Below are positions 30,065 through 39,528 of a stretch of DNA of 64,000 nt, in pieces. The notes beneath the pieces were generated by a model. The model made no database searches, had not been told where the DNA came from, and saw only the letters and a list, made by a program, of their open reading frames with translations. This DNA comes from Naegleria gruberi (Eukaryota), in the NCBI GenBank assembly GCA_000004985.1, contig GG738891.1; one strand, 5' to 3'. Within the stretch, counting starts at the first letter, position 1; the number at the start of each line of letters is the position of its first letter. The position numbers and the translations under genes are program-made.

Positions 30065-32530
30065 TTTTTTTGAGTTTCGAATAATGAGAATTTGCTTTCC
30101 ATTTTAGTGTGGTTACTAATTATGATTATTAATTGAATTGTACGACAATCTTTCCTTATTGTTGATTTATAGCAACTTTAATTTTCAATTGAAAAATATT
30201 TGTAAACTAATTCAAAAAAGTGTTAGAAAGTATCAATTTTAATCTTATATTCTCCTTCTTGACCCATAGTCCAAACAACTGTATAAGGAGCTTCAATTTC
30301 TCCACCAGAACTTTACCCAATTTATAAATTGTTGATTCGTCAATTCTTNNNNNNNNNNNNNNNNNNNNNNNNNNNNNNNNNNNNNNNNNNNNNNNNNNAT
30401 CCATTAGTACTTCCAATTGTTTGCCAACATGTACATCAAATACAGCAAGATAGGCCTTATCTGAAGAACCTCCTGCCCAATAGGATCCTGTGAAACTGGT
30501 ATATCCGAGAGATTTCTTGAATTTGTCGGCTTTTTTGGTTATTGAAATAGGTCAGTAATGAAATAGAAACTTACCGAAATAATTACCATGTCCAAACATT
30601 CTACCATTAGCAGCAGGTCTCAATTGAAGACCATTGATCATGATGGACAAAAAGTTTGCATTTTTAGAGCCATGCCAGAACAATTCTCTCTTTTGATTTC
30701 GTTTCCTTTGGACGAAATTGTCGAATAGTGTTTGAGTTTGATTATTGGTAACTCTGAAAGCTCTGTAAAACAAGTGACTATCTGAGCCCATCATCTTCTT
30801 GAGGAGTTTAATTTCATCTTGTGAAGCATCCTCCACAACAAGTCCATTCTTTTTAAGGAAATCAGGTTGATCAGATTGATCATGTTTTGTAATCTTGACT
30901 TGAGTAGCCATGACATCAAGAATTTCCTGCTGATCATCTAATAGTGAAGCAGCACTATCCTTATTACTCTTATCATTAATCAAATAATCCTGAACTTTCT
31001 TCATCTTTCTTGGAATGACAGCGTACAATTTCAGTAATTTTTCATTGAATGAATTCAGAAAATCCTCATCATTCTTGAAATTCTCATTCACCTTATACAA
31101 TTCATCCAAAATAGATTGAGCAGAGTCCAATTGTTCCTTTGTAACACTTCCAACTCCAACATTGTAATTGCTTACAATGGAAATATTCGAAAAATTATTC
31201 AACTCTGAAATTAAACTCTTCACATCTGGACTGGAATTCTCTAAATAAATATCATCCCCTGCATTGGTCATATCAGATCCCAAATTTGTCATATCTACAT
31301 AGCCTTTCTTCATCTTGGATCGAACTAAACTATCCCATTCACTCAAACTGGCTTTGATTGCAATTCCTGTGGCACCAACTCGACCATAGACAATATGAAT
31401 TTCACCATCCTTTTCAGTCATTTCATAATACTTGTTATTATTCTTGGAGGAGACCATAATTAATTTACAATATCTTCCGGCAGTGTTTGTGAAATTTTTC
31501 ACACTCGAGGAAAAGCTTCGGATTGGATGAATCGTGGAGGAAAAATTATTAACTCTCTTCATCATGCTCATGCTTCTGTTGAGCATTAGTGGTGAAATAA
31601 TCTCCCGATGGGAAGCAATAGATAAAGTACAGTTTAGTTTGCGCATTTTTTTGTGGTTGACTATTGTGAAATTGATCAAGATTTTGATTGGGATTGAAAT
31701 TGATTGAAAGATAACGAAAGAAATGATTTTTAATTATTAGTATTGTAAACTCTGTGAACACTGTTATGTAGAAGTTAAATCTCCCAGTTGATGATAGTAT
31801 TCCACCTCATGTTTTTATTGGCGAGAAATTAGATACATGCTAATTACATTTCTTTTTATTGTACTGAAATTTATTTTTTACTTTCTCATTATAATGAAAC
31901 AAAAGTATGAATCTGATGATGTAACAACATCGGAAAAGATGTAGAAAATGGATAGAACATTGAAGTATTAATAATTAAAGAATTAAAATGTATTTCACAT
32001 TTAAACAAGTTGATGATTTATTTCATATTGTATGTACTCATAATTTTATAAATGATTTATTGAATGAAGCAGGTTGTAGTGAGAAGCAAATGGAGGCATT
32101 TTTTTTTGCCTACTACACTGTAGATTGTCAAGGAAGAAACCACGTGTTCGATTCTTGTCCAAGGACTTTGATTATGCTTGAAAATTAAAAATAAACGTGA
32201 GCGTGGCCAAGTACCTAACAATCATCCATTACTAAAATTAAAAATAATTGTGAGTTGTAATGAAAATCTAAAATAAGAGAATGTGAGTATAAAAACTCAG
32301 TTGCACCTTGTATGAACACCCACAAAAATTAAAAAAGAAATACTGAAAATGTTGAATCAAGATATGAAATACCAACAAGCTGACACTCATGAAATTAATG
32401 ATGACGATGATTGTTTCCTTCGTTATGAAGATATCACCGATAATACTCACAAAGTTACATCCAATAACACTGCCTCAAGTCCCTCGATATTCTCACCACT
32501 CTCAACTATCCTCTCTCAAGAAGAAAGTTA
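30060..32530. repeat. Right arm of the inverted segmental duplication (partner 20530..22500), interrupted by a scaffold gap
   Basis: See the left arm. Gene order differs between the arms. Read on the minus strand, the right arm runs PARP, then the gap, then the small ORF, then the His-rich gene. The left arm runs the small ORF, the 5' of the His-rich gene, the gap, then the PARP 3' exons. Confidence 0.6.
30389..31679 (-). CDS. Poly(ADP-ribose) polymerase-like protein (WGR domain + PARP regulatory/catalytic domains), 3'-truncated by a scaffold gap
   Basis: Exon 1 is 30575..31679 and the 45-nt intron is 30530..30574. Exon 2 runs 30389..30529 into the N run at 30349-30388. The WGR motif is KYYEMTEKDGEIHIVYGRVGATG. 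The catalytic block is ELFWHGSKNANFLSIMINGLQLRPAANGRMFGHGNYF|ADKFKK…AYLAVFDVHVGKQLEV, with the H-G-S…Y…E-type PARP signature partly visible. The missing C-terminus corresponds to the fragment at 22202..22500. Confidence 0.55.
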
Positions 32531-33021
32531 CTGAGTTTCAAAACATTAACTCAACCTCTCAATCACAACCACATGAAATTATTCACCCATATGAAAATCA
32601 AGTTCAAAACGTCTCACATATTATACTTCAACAAACCGCTCAACAAATGCCAATGTCTTTCATTAACAAATCAAATTTCGAGAGTTGCAGTGATTTTAGA
32701 TTCATCAATAGATCTTCCGAAAAAATACTTGAAATTGGAATATACCAGTTTTCCTTTGTAAACCAAAATTTGATTCGTACTAGACGTTTACGTGTTACCA
32801 TTCCAGAATATAGAGAAACAGGAAATGCATATCGTGTAAAATATATTATCGACAAATACCAAGGACAAATTTATTTGGAAATTAAAGGAACTTTTGTTAA
32901 GCTAATTAGTAAAGGTAAACTTAATACAATTATCATCAATGAAAACAATATAAGTTTACAAAAAATCAATTACAACAATCAAAGCTCATTGGAATGTACT
33001 GATTATGAAGTCTATGAATGA
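32389..33021 (+). CDS. Hypothetical protein, paralog B of the diverged pair (paralog A is 19939..20652)
   Basis: A 210-aa ORF (MKLMMTMIVSFVMKISPIILTKLHPITLPQVPRYSHHSQLSS…). Relative to paralog A, a 1-nt indel upstream changes which ATG is usable. The C-terminal two-thirds have diverged strongly. Confidence 0.4.
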   Translation: MKLMMTMIVSFVMKISPIILTKLHPITLPQVPRYSHHSQLSSLKKKVTEFQNINSTSQSQPHEIIHPYENQVQNVSHIILQQTAQQMPMSFINKSNFESCSDFRFINRSSEKILEIGIYQFSFVNQNLIRTRRLRVTIPEYRETGNAYRVKYIIDKYQGQIYLEIKGTFVKLISKGKLNTIIINENNISLQKINYNNQSSLECTDYEVYE

Positions 33022-33621
33022 ATTTGTTTTTGATTGTCTAATTCTGAGCGAAGTGAAGAATGGACTTGTTTTCATTGTAAACTTAATAAAATATAAGTTG
33101 AGTATTTTTCAACAAGACCTTAACTACCTTCTTCAGGTACAATCAGCAAAAGATATCACCTGGCAAAGACTCAAACAACGCCAAGGTTGGTTCACAAGGT
33201 GCTTCTGCTCGCTTCTTCGATGGAATTGTTTGAGTCCAACCCATCTGAAGAGGTTTCTGGTAAAAGAGCAAGAGTTGCTGATGAACCAGATGATTGGTTT
33301 AAAACCACGTCATCAACTCTTACCAAAGAATGTTTGGTGTATCATTGAAAGAAGATTTGCAGTTGGAAGAAGCTGTTTCGAATAGAAGAGAGCGCTGACA
33401 ACTTGGAATTCAAGAATAGAATGGCTGCTCTTGAATAGACACTCCATTCCAGATTCATCTAGTATAAAAGATATTAAAAGTAAAGGTTATTCTTTACTTT
33501 TAACAAATTCTTTTATCATCTCTCAAATCTGCAAGCGTTTGAGAGAGAGTGATAACCTTGATTTACCGCTTATTCTTCAAGGATTTGAATTTATTCAGAA
33601 TATTTCTGAGTTAAATCTAGT

Positions 33622-33924
33622 TTGGAGGCCAAACAACAAGAGAAGGCGATTAAATCTGCTGAAAAAGTAAAAACAGCAGAAACTATTGAAAAAGTCAGCA
33701 AATGGGCCAGCAGAACCCCTAATTTTCGTAAGTTCCCCACTAGATACGATAATAGACAAGCTGGCTACAACTACAACAACAACAAGCACAACAACAACAA
33801 CTTCAACCAAGGACAAGGTAATGGTTATCAATCCAACAATCAAGGCTTCAGAAGATTCAATAATGCTCACCAAGCAAGTGGAACCTCTTCAAATTCCTCC
33901 AACTCAAACAACAACAATAAATGA
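33622..33924 (+). CDS. Hypothetical Asn/Gln/Gly-rich small protein, possibly the 3' exon of an unresolved multi-exon gene
   Basis: A 100-aa ORF (…KQQEKAIKSAEKVKTAETIEKVSKWASRTPNFRKFPTRYDNRQAGYNYNNN…NQGFRRFNN…). Overlapping alternative frames in 33100-33960 are also open (MELFESNPSEEVSGKRARVADEPDDWF…; a Thr-rich frame from 33686 that runs into the gap), so the gene model is ambiguous. Confidence 0.2.
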   Translation: MEAKQQEKAIKSAEKVKTAETIEKVSKWASRTPNFRKFPTRYDNRQAGYNYNNNKHNNNNFNQGQGNGYQSNNQGFRRFNNAHQASGTSSNSSNSNNNNK

Positions 33925-34087
33925 TGCCAACATTCCTCTTGGTGGTCGCCTCTCTCGTTTTCACAGCGGATGGCAANNNNNNNNNNNNNNNNNNNNNNNN
34001 NNNNNNNNNNNNNNNNNNNNNNNNNNAATATTACTTTTATATTTTTGTGATACTAGTAACTATATATCTACTATTACACTTAATAGT

Positions 34088-34250
34088 AGATATATAGTTA
34101 CTAACAATCAAATTGGTGATGAAGGATCCAAACATATAAGTGAAATGAAACGGTTGATATCACTTGATATTGGTAACAATTTAATTAGTGATGAAGGAGT
34201 TAAATATATCAGTGAAATGAAACAATTGATATCACAAGAAAATAGGTAAT
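34088..34250 (+). pseudogene. Partial RNI-type LRR coding fragment, a paralogous piece of the 22822..23895 LRR gene, starting just after a scaffold gap
   Basis: The translation IVTNNQIGDEGSKHISEMKRLISLDIGNNLISDEGVKYISEMKQLIS resembles …IGNNDIGDEGAKHISQLK…EEGAKWISEMKQLKYLNIS… of the LRR gene. The 5' part would lie in the gap 33977-34026. Whether this is a truncated pseudogene or an intact gene broken by the gap cannot be decided. Confidence 0.3.
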
Positions 34251-34364
34251 TTGTTCTCTTTACAACATGTTTCGACCTTGAACTCGAAAGAAGTTTAATT
34301 TATTTTTAACTCTAAAAAAAACACAACAAACAACACACGACAGTAGCCACACCAACAAACAACA

Positions 34365-34874
34365 ATGGCAATAATGTACGGAGGCTTGGCAAGAAGTGGT
34401 AAAGTCAAATATCAAACACCACGTGTAGAAAAGACCAGCGATTCATCCTATCACGGAGGTTGCGCCAAATACAAAATCAAATCATCAAATAATTTATCAT
34501 ATTCGGGAGGTGCTCATCGGTTGGAGAAGAATTTTACTGAAGAGTTGAAAGTCTATGATCAATACAAGGAAAATCATCAACGATGTGATTGGGTGGAGGA
34601 GAGAGCGAATATAAAGAGATCAGAACCTGTTCTTTTGAATTCCTTTCACAAGTTTAATACTGAGAAGGGTTTTAACAAGATGGAATGGAATTCAATGAAA
34701 AAGGAGGAGAATATCTTGAAGAATAGATACAATTATAATCCAAATGCAAAGAATCATAAAAAGTGGCATAGAAATCATCCTAAAGATGGTTTTTATCAAA
34801 AGAGAACTGTTGATGCCAATGATTTGGAATGTTGGGAAGATGAAGTAATTCAATTCTCTCATTTGTATGAATAA
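34365..34874 (+). CDS. Hypothetical basic protein (169 aa), no recognisable domain
   Basis: A 510-nt open frame in about 70% AT sequence, with ATG preceded by an A/C-rich leader (…caacaATGgca). The composition is protein-like (K/N/E/Y-rich) and no repeats or domains are recognised. Confidence 0.3.
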   Translation: MAIMYGGLARSGKVKYQTPRVEKTSDSSYHGGCAKYKIKSSNNLSYSGGAHRLEKNFTEELKVYDQYKENHQRCDWVEERANIKRSEPVLLNSFHKFNTEKGFNKMEWNSMKKEENILKNRYNYNPNAKNHKKWHRNHPKDGFYQKRTVDANDLECWEDEVIQFSHLYE

Positions 34875-35064
34875 TTGCAAACAATAGAAAGGAATTCAAG
34901 AGATGGAGCTTGTTGTTATTACAATATATTTGGAAGGTCACTTTCCCATAATATGAAAAGGCACAGAATGTGCTAACCAGACATTTTAACATTATCAGTT
35001 CTATTAATTTCAATAAAATTATATTAATTATTAAGGAATGCTATTGCCTTGTTAAGCCAGGAAT

Positions 35065-36501
35065 TTATTGTTTTCTATCAACTCTTGAAAATTCAATTAA
35101 TTTCTTAATAGAATCAACATGTTCGTTCATGGTTTCGTCTCCAATTTCTTTCACTTCATTGGTGAAAAGGTTCAATAATTGATTGAATTTTGAATTCCAT
35201 CGTTCATGTTTAGTTTCCCCATTCTTCATTTCCATCAAATAACCCTTCACATTTTCAACAAATCTAACCAAAGCAATGGCCTTTCGAATTCCATTAGTTT
35301 CGTAATAATTTCCAAGTTGATTTGCATTGATTTTAACCTGCTTCTCCTCTCTGACCTTCTTTCCTTCAACAGTCTCATAAGAAAGTGTTAATTTCACATT
35401 CGATTCTCCTTTAAAATCATTCTTTGCTTTCAATCTTAATAAAACTATTCCTCCCTTAACTCCTCTTTCATCTAATTGACTAGCAGAACAAGTATCAACT
35501 TTCATAATCTCGCCAGTTGATTCTCCTGCCATATTTGTTCCAAAACATTTTTCAATTTCATAATTTTCACATTCCAAACTCAACTTGACATTGTAACAAA
35601 TCGGTGTTACAATATAATTGAAATCCTGATTCAAAATCTTTGTAAAATCCTCAGTTGATTTAACAGAGAAATAATTACAACCACGAACTTGAGTCAATTC
35701 TTCAACAATATCCGAATTGAAATCTAAACCAATTCCAATAAAAGTTGAAAAGATATTATACGGACCAGAGTTTGCATCTTTTGTAAGAATATCGAGAGTG
35801 TCAGTTCCACCCACATTTGGACAAGCATCTGTCAAGTAAATAATTCTATTAGAATTGGATAAATCAGACGAATCTAGAGTGGAAAATAAATCAATTCCTC
35901 TTTGCATGCCAGCTTCAAAATTTGTAGATCCCTTCTCTTTAATCTTTAGAACAGTTTCCTTGAGCGATTTCTTATCTAAATCCTGAACAATTGTTAATGG
36001 AAGAAAAGTTTCGGCCTTGTCATCGAATAAAACAATTCCCAATCTTTCAAATTCTCTCAAATTGTCAATTATTTCACAAATTACTTGATTGGCAACTTGC
36101 ATTTTGGTTTTTTCCTTGTTAGACATGGCAGATCCCATTGATCCACTAATATCCAATACAATCTTTAGTTTACAATAATTATTAAATAATCATAACTAAA
36201 CAACACGTACAACTAAATTCAAATCCCTTCTTTCATTCAAACCATCTTTACAACTGTGCAATCCTAATGCCAAGTGAATTTGTCTTTCCGCACTGATCGG
36301 ATCATGATCAACAGCAATCGAATAGGCAGTTTCCAATAATTTATCAGAAACCTTCATCACACCAGTTTGATAAAAGTATTCTTTCATAATTCCCTCGAAT
36401 GTAATGGAAGAATTGGAGGGTAATCTCTTTCCACAATTCAAAACCTCTTTAAAAGATTCGGAATTAAAAGCTCCGGAAGAAAATAAAGCTGCTTTCATCA
36501 T
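35065..36501 (-). CDS. von Willebrand factor type A (vWA) domain protein; 2 exons
   Basis: Exon 1 is 36201..36501 (ATG at 36501, MMKAALFSS…DLNLV). The 38-nt intron 36163..36200 (GTACGT…AACTAAAG) leads into exon 2 at 35065..36162, which begins IVLDISGSMGSAM, a classic MIDAS DxSxS motif. The remaining vWA features include …GSTNFEAGMQRGIDLF…RIIYLTDACPNVGG…. Confidence 0.55.
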
Positions 36502-37309
36502 TTATTTTTTTGATTTCTGCAAGTTCAGTAAAATTGGATTTTACAATGGAAATTATCGGAAAACAATATATTATTCGAAACATTTCAGTTCTTAAGGCAA
36601 GTTTGATTTTTACAAGAATTTTGAAATAAGAAACAAGAAGAATTGAGGAAACTTTTTGTTACTGTAAATTACCCGCTCATTTTTATTGACGCTTGTTTTG
36701 ACGATTTTATAGTCATGAATGACGCCTTTGTTTATGCTTGTTAAGGTGTCATTGGGACGTTGTTGTGGACGTCAAAATGACGTTTTTTTTCGTCATTTTG
36801 ACGGTGTCAATTTGAGAGTCATTAAGACGTCAAAAAAAGCGTCCTCAATGACGTCTCAAAAAGTGTCTCCAATGACGTTGCAGAATGATTATTAATTTTT
36901 GATAAATTGAAATTTTATTGAACTATTCATAATTCTTACAAGTTGGAAATCCTTCATCTTGAACCATTTCACACTGAGTGAAACTCAATGCTGTGAAAGA
37001 TTCACACCGTGTGAATTAATATTGTAAAAGATTTCACACCATCAAAGATGACAAGGAAATTGACAAGAGTTTCTTATAAAAACGTGAAATAAAAATTTGA
37101 ATTGATATGTCTTGTAAATGAATTGAAATGATGTAATATAATTGATAACTGATACGACTTACTAGTATGTTGAGGTATTTTTTTTGAAAAATAGTTTAAA
37201 CTGGTTGCAAAAATAGAAAGTGTTTATTTTAGAGATGAAGCCAAATATGGAAAGACATTTAATATAATGTAAAGGCCATTTTGTGAATTGGTTTGAAGTG
37301 AAAAGAGCC

Positions 37310-38244
37310 NNNNNNNNNNNNNNNNNNNNNNNNNNNNNNNNNNNNNNNNNNNNNNNNNNNNNNNNNNNNNNNNNNNNNNNNNNNNNNNNNNNNNNNNNNN
37401 NNNNNNNNNNNNNNNNNNNNNNNNNNNNNNNNNNNNNNNNNNNNNNNNNNNNNNNNNNNNNNNNNNNNNNNNNNNNNNNNNNNNNNNNNNNNNNNNNNNN
37501 NNNNNNNNNNNNNNNNNNNNNNNNNNNNNNNNNNNNNNNNNNNNNNNNNNNNNNNNNNNNNNNNNNNNNNNNNNNNNNNNNNNNNNNNNNNNNNNNNNNN
37601 NNNNNNNNNNNNNNNNNNNNNNNNNNNNNNNNNNNNNNNNNNNNNNNNNNNNNNNNNNNNNNNNNNNNNNNNNNNNNNNNNNNNNNNNNNNNNNNNNNNN
37701 NNNNNNNNNNNNNNNNNNNNNNNNNNNNNNNNNNNNNNNNNNNNNNNNNNNNNNNNNNNNNNNNNNNNNNNNNNNNNNNNNNNNNNNNNNNNNNNNNNNN
37801 NNNNNNNNNNNNNNNNNNNNNNNNNNNNNNNNNNNNNNNNNNNNNNNNNNNNNNNNNNNNNNNNNNNNNNNNNNNNNNNNNNNNNNNNNNNNNNNNNNNN
37901 NNNNNNNNNNNNNNNNNNNNNNNNNNNNNNNNNNNNNNNNNNNNNNNNNNNNNNNNNNNNNNNNNNNNNNNNNNNNNNNNNNNNNNNNNNNNNNNNNNNN
38001 NNNNNNNNNNNNNNNNNNNNNNNNNNNNNNNNNNNNNNNNNNNNNNNNNNNNNNNNNNNNNNNNNNNNNNNNNNNNNNNNNNNNNNNNNNNNNNNNNNNN
38101 NNNNNNNNNNNNNNNNNNNNNNNNNNNNNNNNNNNNNNNNNNNNNNNNNNNNNNNNNNNNNNNNNNNNNNNNNNNNNNNNNNNNNNNNNNNNNNNNNNNN
38201 NNNNNNNNNNNNNNNNNNNNNNNNNNNNNNNNNNNNNNNNNNNN
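37310..38244. other. Scaffold gap (935 N). Other gaps are 22087-22137 (51 N), 30349-30388 (40 N) and 33977-34026 (50 N). Single ambiguous bases are at 28118 and 28186.
   Basis: Runs of n in the sequence. ORF-track entries made of X residues (37224-38401) are artefacts of this gap. Confidence 0.95.
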
Positions 38245-38256
38245 CCAACCAATAAG

Positions 38257-38922
38257 ATGTCAACTAGAAAAAACAAATCTAAGGCAGCTGCTCCAAAGAG
38301 GAAGAATCAATCTGATGAAGATGAATCAAGTACTGATACAGATAATGATTCTGAACCAAGCAAGAAAAAACAATTTAAACCATCTTCCAGTAAACAACTA
38401 GTGAAGACAGTGAAGAAGACCATGTCAGTTCATGATTCAGATAGTGATGAATCCACCACTGAAGATTCAGAAAATGGTACTGGTGACTCCACAGAATCTG
38501 TCTATTTTCAAGTTCGTCACGTTAATGGAAAACGGGAATATGTGATTGTTCCAGAGCATGTCGATTACATCTTTGATTTGATAGATAAGGACAAAGCTTT
38601 TCCAGAGTTCATCAATGCCATTATCCAATGTGAAAAGGTATTAACTGACCTCACAAAAAGGTTTGCTCATCTATTTTCAGGGCTTGCATTCAACACTACC
38701 GTAAATGGTATAACTTATTCAATTCCTCCAGACATTATCAAAATGCTTATTGGTAATGTGACTCAAAAACAGTGCTTGGAATTGTTAGCACATCATCACT
38801 TCAAGAAACCTATAGGAGAACTCACAACTGATCAAAGAACAGTATGTAGAAAGTTCTTTGAAGCAAGGGGATGGGATAAAGAAAGTGTTCGGAAGGCAAT
38901 CAATAGTTTGATCAAAGAATAA
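38257..38922 (+). CDS. Hypothetical protein encoded inside the putative TIR element (Ser/Asp/Lys-rich N-terminus, ~130-aa globular C-terminal domain)
   Basis: A 221-aa ORF starting 13 nt after the gap (MSTRKNKSKAAAPKRKNQSDEDESSTDTDNDSEP…VYFQVRHVNGKREYVIVPEHVDYIFDLIDKDKAFPEFINAIIQCEKVL…CRKFFEARGWDKESVRKAINSLIKE). No transposase (DDE/DDD) motifs are seen, and the true N-terminus may lie in the gap. Confidence 0.4.
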   Translation: MSTRKNKSKAAAPKRKNQSDEDESSTDTDNDSEPSKKKQFKPSSSKQLVKTVKKTMSVHDSDSDESTTEDSENGTGDSTESVYFQVRHVNGKREYVIVPEHVDYIFDLIDKDKAFPEFINAIIQCEKVLTDLTKRFAHLFSGLAFNTTVNGITYSIPPDIIKMLIGNVTQKQCLELLAHHHFKKPIGELTTDQRTVCRKFFEARGWDKESVRKAINSLIKE

Positions 38923-39339
38923 TTTCCAGACATGATGTTAAGCTTGATAGTCAAGCTTGTGAAATTTGTATTTTTTTTTTTAAAATTTTCAAAAAAATTC
39001 ACAAGTCTGAAATACGTCACCTCCTCCTTCACTGATTTTCATCATCAAAACAACACAAAACAAACAACAACAAATAAACAACACATTACAACATCAAGTA
39101 GAACACAACAGAATATCGATAATTAACTTTGGAGTAACTTTATGCAAAATCGTCAGCGATGACGTCAAAAAAAGCGTCAATCCACCATCAGGAATGACGA
39201 AATAAAATGAGCGGGTTAATTGGTGAAAAATTAAAGAGCAGAAAAAAATTTAAACGTTTATTAATCGTATGAACCCGACGGGTTCGTCTTGATGATATTA
39301 CGAATATTAAATAATAAATTCTTTCTTGTTGGGATTGCT

Positions 39340-39509
39340 TTGTTCATTTCTTGTAACTCTGTGGACACAAATACTTGGCTTGAACACCCTATGCTGGAAC
39401 CCCGGGTAGTATAGGGTACGGTGACTTAACCCGACGTAAGTATTGCGGCAACACACTGTGGTCTCAGGGTCAACAGTGTAGTTACTGGGTGGTACGACAT
39501 TTTTTTTGA
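39340..39509 (+). ncRNA. Candidate Pol III-transcribed structured ncRNA: a GC-rich island ending in T8, class unknown
   Basis: Between 39400 and 39500 GC content rises to about 50% against ~30% background. The sequence GGAACCCCGGGTAGTATAGGGTACGGTGACTTAACCCGACG…CACACTGTGGTCTCAGGGTCAACAGTGTAG…GGTGGTACGAC is followed by TTTTTTTT at 39502-39509. A TATA-like box (TATTAAATAATAAA, 39303-39318) lies ~25-30 nt upstream of the putative start. Internal hairpins are visible (CACACTGT…ACAGTGTA). An upstream perfect 15-nt palindrome GAACCCGACGGGTTC sits at 39270-39284 and a TGATGA box at 39287. Confidence 0.25.
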
Positions 39510-39528
39510 GACGAAAGAGCAGAAAAAA

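Larger units (their letters stand above)
36668..39219. mobile_element. Putative TIR DNA-transposon-like element (about 2.55 kb as assembled, including a 935-N gap) with imperfect terminal inverted repeats and TGACG-rich subterminal repeats
   Basis: The left end TTACCCGCTCATTTTTATTGACGCTTGTTTTGACGATTTT (36668-) is the inverse complement of the right end AAAATCGTCAGCGATGACGTCAAAAAAAGCGTCAAT…AATAAAATGAGCGGGTTAA (-39219). The ~19-bp TIR is TTA(A)CCCGCTCATTTT(T)ATT. There are at least 10 copies of GACG/TGACGTCA-like motifs within 36680-36880 and at least 4 within 39140-39200. The termini are flanked by TA/TTAA. The interior holds one intact 221-aa ORF and a gap, and no transposase is recognisable. 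Confidence 0.35.

Noticed and set aside
20530-32530. Interpreting the inverted duplication as transposon TIRs of a giant composite element carrying the tRNAs, the LRR gene, the prominin-like gene and G-alpha
   Set aside because: The arms contain ordinary host genes (PARP, a membrane protein) with different internal order, and they abut N gaps, so segmental duplication or assembly mis-join is more parsimonious.
33005-33670. ORFs 33005-33385 and 33431-33670 as independent genes
   Set aside because: Several overlapping frames are open here, splice signals are ambiguous and no domain is recognisable. They are probably exons of one unresolved gene ending at 33924, so they are not called separately.
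36680-36880. Treating the TGACGTCA cluster purely as CREB/bZIP promoter sites
   Set aside because: The cluster is mirrored near 39140-39200 and bounded by inverse-complementary ~19-bp ends, which fits transposon subterminal repeats better. A regulatory role is kept as an alternative in the finding.
37224-38401. Long ORFs made of X residues
   Set aside because: Artefacts of translating the 935-N scaffold gap.
39340-39509. 5S rRNA, U1/U2/U6 snRNA or SRP RNA identity for the GC-rich Pol III-like candidate
   Set aside because: No terminal helix between the ends as required for 5S. There is only patchy similarity to U1 (ATACTT), U2 (GTAGTA) or 5S (TACCACCC on the opposite strand). It is reported only as an unclassified ncRNA candidate.
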